Part shown: positions 58,842 through 64,000 of the stretch, in pieces
Layout of the letters: the number at the start of each line of letters is the position of its first letter
Numbering within the stretch: the first letter of the stretch is position 1
Assembly: GCA_964582025.1 (NCBI GenBank)
Contig: CAZORS010000001.1
Location: 14,398 to 78,397, forward strand
From: an uncultured Pirellulaceae bacterium
GTDB lineage: Bacteria; Planctomycetota; Planctomycetia; Pirellulales; Pirellulaceae
Reading direction: 5' to 3'
Length of the DNA: 64,000 nt
The notes under the pieces: generated by a model
The model's database searches: none
Seen by the model: only the letters and a program-made list of their open reading frames with translations
What the model was told of the DNA's origin: nothing
Program-made: the position numbers and the translations under genes

Positions 58842-59195
58842 ATGACTGGTCTACCTTCACAATTTTACCTAATCGGAAACGCGTTAAGCAGCGCGGAACA
58901 GAACCATCGCGTCGTCAGCCAAAACATCGCGAACGTGAACACGCCTGATTATCAGACGCGTGAACTTTCGTTTGAAGAGTATGAGAAACGCGTCAAAAGC
59001 GGTGAAACGAATGCGGGGTTCATCGCTGATCTTCCGGTCGAATTCACTGAAGGGTTGGTGCAACGCGAGGACGGCAACAACGTTGATATCGATCAACAAC
59101 TTGCCGGAATGAAAAAGAACTCGTTGATGTTCCAGACTTATTCGCAACTATTGGCTGCGAAAATGGCGACCATCCGCAAAGCAATTTCGGGATGA
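58842..59195 (+). CDS. flgB: Rod protein FlgB
   Basis: SQNIANVNTPDY, REDGNNVDID. Confidence 0.92.
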   Translation: MTGLPSQFYLIGNALSSAEQNHRVVSQNIANVNTPDYQTRELSFEEYEKRVKSGETNAGFIADLPVEFTEGLVQREDGNNVDIDQQLAGMKKNSLMFQTYSQLLAAKMATIRKAISG

Positions 59196-59265
59196 TTGAA
59201 ATCGATTGACCAGCAGTCAAAGAAAGCCATTTCAAAAGTAAGAACCTCAAAGCTCTGGATCGACA

Positions 59266-59700
59266 ATGCCTGGACTATTTTCAGCGATGAATATCAGCGC
59301 GTCTGGTCTAACTGCCGAACGCCTGCGGATGGAAACAACTGCTAACAACATCGCCAACGCCAATACGACGCGAACTGAAAACGGTGATCCATATCGCAAG
59401 AAGGCAGTCGTGTTTTCAAGCGAACTAGAAAAGTCAGGGCGTTACGCGTTGGCTAGTGATTTAACCGGCGTCGAGGTTGTCGGCATAGAATCTGACCAAA
59501 GTGAGTTTCCGGTCGTCTACAACCCTGGGCACCCACATGCTGATGAAGATGGCATGTTGCGAATGTCTAACGTGCAGATCCCAATGGAGATGGTTGATTT
59601 GATCTCCTCGAGTCGTTCCTACGAAGCCAACTTAAAATCCATGACAATGTTTAAGGAGATGGTCGAGCAATCGCTAACTCTGCTTCGAGGAGGTAGCTAG
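59266..59700 (+). CDS. flgC: Rod protein FlgC
   Basis: SASGLTAERLRM..ANNIANANTT, YNPGHPHAD, RSYEAN. Confidence 0.95.
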   Translation: MPGLFSAMNISASGLTAERLRMETTANNIANANTTRTENGDPYRKKAVVFSSELEKSGRYALASDLTGVEVVGIESDQSEFPVVYNPGHPHADEDGMLRMSNVQIPMEMVDLISSSRSYEANLKSMTMFKEMVEQSLTLLRGGS

Positions 59701-60011
59701 TGAATCCGATCCTTCCAATCTCTGGCTTTGGGCAAAGCAGTCCAATTCAGCCTACTGGCGTTACGGCGTCTCCCACTGAAAACGCGAAGCCTTCAGGCAA
59801 AACAAGTGTGTTTGAAGGTCTTCTGGAGAGCACTAACCTCGACCAGAAAAACTCCGACCAAGCCATCAAAGACTTGGTTGAAGGAAAGACGGATAGTGTT
59901 CAGGAGGTCGTGATGGCGGTCGCCAAAGCAGAAATGTCCTTCCAGCTATTCATGGAAATTCGAAACCACTTGATTGATTCTTACAACGAACTAATGCGAA
60001 TGCAGTTCTAG
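59700..60011 (+). CDS. fliE: Hook-basal body protein FliE
   Basis: VVMAVAKAEMSFQL..EIRN..Y.ELMRMQ. Confidence 0.92.
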   Translation: MNPILPISGFGQSSPIQPTGVTASPTENAKPSGKTSVFEGLLESTNLDQKNSDQAIKDLVEGKTDSVQEVVMAVAKAEMSFQLFMEIRNHLIDSYNELMRMQF

Positions 60012-60065
60012 TTCTGACCATTAGTCCGACAACCCGCAACCAATAGACTGCGACACGATAATAGA

Positions 60066-61583
60066 GTGAACACGTTCAAGACATTTGTTGATTCGTCCAT
60101 TGAGATCTGGAACGACACTGCGCCGGCAGCTCGTGTCGGCATCGCCTTGCTCTTGATGATTTGTATTACTGCGATTGTCGGAGTCGGCTATTGGTCGTCG
60201 CAGCCCACCTACGTTACGTTAGTCAGCGACATCGATCATCAGAAAATGGATCGTGTGATCGACGCGTTGGACAAGGCCAATATCAGCTACGACCTCTCTG
60301 GAGCAGGCGGAAATCTCCGCGTTTCGAAAAGTGATTTTTCAAAAGCTCGAATGTTGGCTCGTGGTGCAGGAGTCGCCGAAAGTGAAACGTCTGGTGGCTT
60401 CGGAATGACGGGAGCCTTTGGCAGCCCATCAGACCGACGTCGAACCGCATTGCTGAAGCAGCAGAAACGTTTGGCCGACACCATCCGGAAACTAAATGTC
60501 GTCGAACACGCTGACGTTCATCTGAACGTCCCGGACAAAGGTCCTTTCGAGAGAAAAACGTCGCTTCCAACGGCCAGTGTTTTGCTCACGCTTTCACCAG
60601 ATGCCCAATTAAACGAACAACAAGCGTCTTCGATCGCTTCTCTTGTGGCGTTTGCGGTTGCTGATCTCGAACCTGAAGCCGTTCAGATTACTGACAAAGA
60701 AGGTCGCAACTACACGGTTTCCGATCAGGGAATGCAGTACATCAACAGCCAAATCGAGTACACCACTGAAGTCGAAAGGAAATTCGCTCGCAAAGCAGAA
60801 ACGCAACTGGTTCAGTTTTTGGGTCACGGAAACGCGAGCGTTCAAGTCAGCTTAGATCTTACGTTTACAAACGGTTCGAAGAAAATCACAAAGTACGACG
60901 GCGAAGGCAAGGTTCCCAACGAAGAAGATTTGAATTCTGAAACGACTACCAATACGAGACCGGGAGGTGCAGCTGGCGTTGATGCCAATCTCGCTCGCGG
61001 TCGCGACGACAATAAGTTGACCGAAAGCAAGCTAGAGAACATCAAGACGAGCTACCTCGTTCCGAAAACCGAAGAGACGGAATCCAATACGACGCCGACC
61101 AAAAACTTCATGACTGTTAGCGTGCTGGTCAACTCAAACGCTGAAGCACTCCTTCAAGAAGACGGAAGTTTGCTGCCTGGAATTAAAGAGCGAGTTGAAG
61201 CGATTGTTGAAAATGCGGTTGGCTATCAGGAAACCAAAGACACGATCTCGGTCGAGTTGTTTCCGTTTCCAGCCGACGACACTCTTGAATCAGAGTACGT
61301 GCCTCCATACGACTGGACTCAATGGAGTGAGCTTGTTCGCAATGCCTCATTGGCCATTGGTGCGATTGTCGCACTGTTGATTGGATTCATGGTGCTGCGA
61401 AAGGTTGCTCCTGCCCCCACAACAAATGAAACCGTTGTGCGTTTGGACGACAGTCGTAGTGAAACGATTGATCAACTGACCTCTCTGCTGCGAGACAACC
61501 CCGAGCTGTTTTCTCAGATCGTGCAGAGTTGGGCCGGCGCGACTGCACCGGCGGAAGATCAAAATGAAAAACGGGTAGCGTGA
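60066..61583 (+). CDS. fliF: MS-ring protein FliF
   Basis: Two TMs, ADVHL..P...F...PTASV.L; follows fliE. Confidence 0.9.
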   Translation: MNTFKTFVDSSIEIWNDTAPAARVGIALLLMICITAIVGVGYWSSQPTYVTLVSDIDHQKMDRVIDALDKANISYDLSGAGGNLRVSKSDFSKARMLARGAGVAESETSGGFGMTGAFGSPSDRRRTALLKQQKRLADTIRKLNVVEHADVHLNVPDKGPFERKTSLPTASVLLTLSPDAQLNEQQASSIASLVAFAVADLEPEAVQITDKEGRNYTVSDQGMQYINSQIEYTTEVERKFARKAETQLVQFLGHGNASVQVSLDLTFTNGSKKITKYDGEGKVPNEEDLNSETTTNTRPGGAAGVDANLARGRDDNKLTESKLENIKTSYLVPKTEETESNTTPTKNFMTVSVLVNSNAEALLQEDGSLLPGIKERVEAIVENAVGYQETKDTISVELFPFPADDTLESEYVPPYDWTQWSELVRNASLAIGAIVALLIGFMVLRKVAPAPTTNETVVRLDDSRSETIDQLTSLLRDNPELFSQIVQSWAGATAPAEDQNEKRVA

Positions 61584-62611
61584 TCATGAATCCGTTACCA
61601 CAATCCGAGATGTTGGCAGTGCTCCTGAACCTTATGGGCGAAGACGCTGCTTCGAAAGCGCTTGAAGGAATTCCCGCGGCTGATTCTCAGCAAGTTAAGG
61701 CAACTTTAGAAGAACTGAAGACGCATCCGCCGACACAGGATGAAGTTGAGTTCGTTGTTGACGATTTCGTGAAGTACTTTCGTTTCGCGATGAAAACTGT
61801 CGACCAAAAGTTAGCTGAAGAAGAGGCCGAAAATCCGACCGAGGGAGCCGAACAAGCAGCAGCTCCAAAAATTCTCCAAATCGCAGAAGAGGACTTCGAG
61901 GTTGAACTTGAGCCAGTCAAAAAGTTCTCGACTCCGGTTTTGTCTGGCGAACACTTACAAGATTTGAATCGACTGCATCCGTACCAAGTCGCATATGCGA
62001 TTCGCGATGAAAACGCGTTTATGATTGCTACGGTGATTCGAAATTTGGCCACCGAACATGCAGCTAAGACGTTGGAGTTTTTACCTGACTCACTTCGCCC
62101 GGGAGTGTTTCTGCAACTGTCTCAGCCGAGCAATATCTCGGATGTTATGCTTGAAAAAATTCTCGGAGCGACTGTTCAGGTTGCCATTCAAGTTGAAAAA
62201 CGCGAAGAAGTTGTCGACACGGTTGAGCAAATGGTTGGCTTGATTCGATCGGTTCCCAAAGCCATCCGTGGCCCGATGATGGAAGAGCTGCAGAAGACAG
62301 ACAAAGAGTTGGGCGAACAGGTTGCCGCTCAAATGTATCGCTTCGAAGATATAGAAAACTTGAGCAACAATGATCTGCAGAAGGTCCTCGGGCAAACCAA
62401 AACAGATTCACTGGTCTTGGCAGTTCAGGGTGTTGAGCAAGAGTTGATTGACAAGATTCTTGGCAATATGTCAAAGCGAGCCAGAGAATCGTTCATGGAA
62501 GAGATGAGTTTCAAATCAAATGTACAGCAAGATGAGATCGACGTTGGGCGAGCAGAAGTAGTTCGCGTGCTCGTCGAGCTTGATGAGGCCGGCACCATCT
62601 CGTTGGAATAA
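61580..62611 (+). CDS. fliG: Motor switch protein FliG
   Basis: MYRFEDI, ILGNMSKRA, L.EAGTI; follows fliF. Confidence 0.88.
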   Translation: MIMNPLPQSEMLAVLLNLMGEDAASKALEGIPAADSQQVKATLEELKTHPPTQDEVEFVVDDFVKYFRFAMKTVDQKLAEEEAENPTEGAEQAAAPKILQIAEEDFEVELEPVKKFSTPVLSGEHLQDLNRLHPYQVAYAIRDENAFMIATVIRNLATEHAAKTLEFLPDSLRPGVFLQLSQPSNISDVMLEKILGATVQVAIQVEKREEVVDTVEQMVGLIRSVPKAIRGPMMEELQKTDKELGEQVAAQMYRFEDIENLSNNDLQKVLGQTKTDSLVLAVQGVEQELIDKILGNMSKRARESFMEEMSFKSNVQQDEIDVGRAEVVRVLVELDEAGTISLE

Positions 62612-62612
62612 C

Positions 62613-63200
62613 ATGTCAAAGTTTTCAGTACAACTTGATTCTCCGATGCAGAATGTGCGGGTCGCAAAAGCAGACTGTCGCGTCATCCTGTCTAGCGAAT
62701 CTGCCAGTCAAACGGAACCCAAAGCCGACGCTCGCCAGGATACTGCCGCGGTCATTGCGGCAACATCGCAGGCAATTGAAGCTGCCTTGAAGGACGTGAT
62801 GACCAAACTTTCAATGCAAAGTCAAACGCTTCAGTCCACGGCAGCCAACTATGCGGTTGAGATCGTGCGTGTGTTTCTTAATTCAACGGATGAAATCATC
62901 GAGCAGCGTCTGCGTGAAAATGTCACGCGGGTTTTGGATCAACCCGACGCGTATTCCGAAGCGACTTTGTTTGTGCATTCGGACTGCCATGACGCAATCC
63001 AACAATGGCTTCTCGACAGCGGATCATTCGAATCGATTGAATGCGAAGTGAAAGTAACGGTGGACGATCAGTTGAGTCCCGGTGACTGCCGCGTGAATTT
63101 TGGCAATTCAGGACGGCTGGCGTCCTTTGAGGAGCAGCTAAAACTTGTCAGTGCCAGACTGAAGCAGACCGTTCGTGATCAGTTGGAGAGCCCAGCATGA
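62613..63200 (+). CDS. fliH: FliH-like export protein
   Basis: DDQLSPGDCRV motif; between fliG and fliI. Confidence 0.75.
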   Translation: MSKFSVQLDSPMQNVRVAKADCRVILSSESASQTEPKADARQDTAAVIAATSQAIEAALKDVMTKLSMQSQTLQSTAANYAVEIVRVFLNSTDEIIEQRLRENVTRVLDQPDAYSEATLFVHSDCHDAIQQWLLDSGSFESIECEVKVTVDDQLSPGDCRVNFGNSGRLASFEEQLKLVSARLKQTVRDQLESPA

Positions 63201-64000
63201 TCAAACTCCTTCCGAGCGAAATGTATCAAAATGTCGGTCGCTTACGCAGCGCACAGGGCACCATCAACGCATCCTTGCAAGCTTCGATTGGTGAATTGGT
63301 GACGATCAAGACTCAAGATGGTCAATCGCTCGACGCGGAAGTCATCGGCTTTAGCCACGATGAAATTCAACTCATGACGTTCGAACCCGACAACGGTGTG
63401 CAGCGAGATGATTGGGTCATCGGTCTCAATCGAAAGATGCAAATCCCAGTCGGCTATTCGATGTTGGGCCGGATCATCAACGCCGTCGCCGCGCCGATAG
63501 ACGGCATGGGCGAATTGGAAATTGAAGACCTTGTCGATTTAAAATTTGATACTCCTAACCCGATGGATCGAACAAACATTGAGCTACCGTTCGTGACGGG
63601 TGTCCGAGCGATTGACGGTCTCAATACGATGGGTCGCGGTCAACGTGTTGGCCTGTTCGCTGGAAGCGGTGTCGGGAAAAGCACCTTGTTGGGCGACATT
63701 GCTCGCAACGCCGAATCCGATGTTAACGTTGTCGCATTGATCGGAGAGCGTGGTCGCGAAGTCAGGCCGTTCATCGAACAAGCACTCGGCCCCGAAGGAC
63801 TGAAGAAATCAGTCTTAATTGTCTCGACGTCCGATCAATCGCCATTGGCACGAGTTCGTGCCAGTGAAACGGCGGTGGTCATCGCCAATTGGTTTCGCGA
63901 ACAGGGGAACAACGTTCTGTTGATGCTGGACAGCCTGACGCGTCTTTCAAATGCTCAACGAGAACTTGGATTGCTGCTCGGAGAACCGCCAACCTCGCGC
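63197..64000 (+). CDS. fliI: Flagellar export ATPase FliI (3'-truncated by window edge)
   Basis: ATG 63197 overlaps the fliH stop; GRGQRVGLFAGSGVGKSTLL, ALIGERGREV, LMLDSLTR, GEPP. Confidence 0.93.
   Translation, partial: MIKLLPSEMYQNVGRLRSAQGTINASLQASIGELVTIKTQDGQSLDAEVIGFSHDEIQLMTFEPDNGVQRDDWVIGLNRKMQIPVGYSMLGRIINAVAAPIDGMGELEIEDLVDLKFDTPNPMDRTNIELPFVTGVRAIDGLNTMGRGQRVGLFAGSGVGKSTLLGDIARNAESDVNVVALIGERGREVRPFIEQALGPEGLKKSVLIVSTSDQSPLARVRASETAVVIANWFREQGNNVLLMLDSLTRLSNAQRELGLLLGEPPTSR

Overview
The window looks like a planctomycete chromosome segment, inferred from DUF1559, DUF1580, LEPRxLL and planctomycete-type ECF hallmarks. It has three parts. (1) About 1-33.8 kb is the right-hand portion of a probable genomic/defence island. 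It opens with the tail of a TM0106-like nuclease-helicase and a regulator / Cys-rich secreted protein / putative cysteine protease module. A tightly coupled 13-gene, ~24 kb operon follows: a BREX core (brxA-like, brxB, brxC, pglX, pglZ, brxL) interleaved with two Schlafen/AlbA_2-HATPase genes, an orphan ParA and a Ppl/TrlF-like PHP-ATPase, then McrBC-like and DUF1016 nucleases. After that come a complete IS21 element (7-bp target duplication) interrupting a 401-aa gene, excisionase-like/DUF1580 genes, and an orphan 5' half of tRNA-Arg(CCT) ending at the anticodon loop, the probable att boundary. (2) About 33.9-38.1 kb holds a DUF1559 gene, tRNA-Lys(TTT), a frameshifted ECF sigma factor and a subtilisin. 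(3) About 38.2-64 kb is a large flagellar cluster with unusual features: one PomA-like motA with two motB genes carrying opposite ion-selectivity signatures, a FliM lacking the CheY-binding peptide, fliP directly abutting flhA, and a sigma54 promoter. The best candidates for undescribed systems are the Schlafen-like+ParA and Ppl+Schlafen-like cassettes nested in BREX, and the dual-MotB stator. All family assignments come from motif recognition by eye; no database searches were run.
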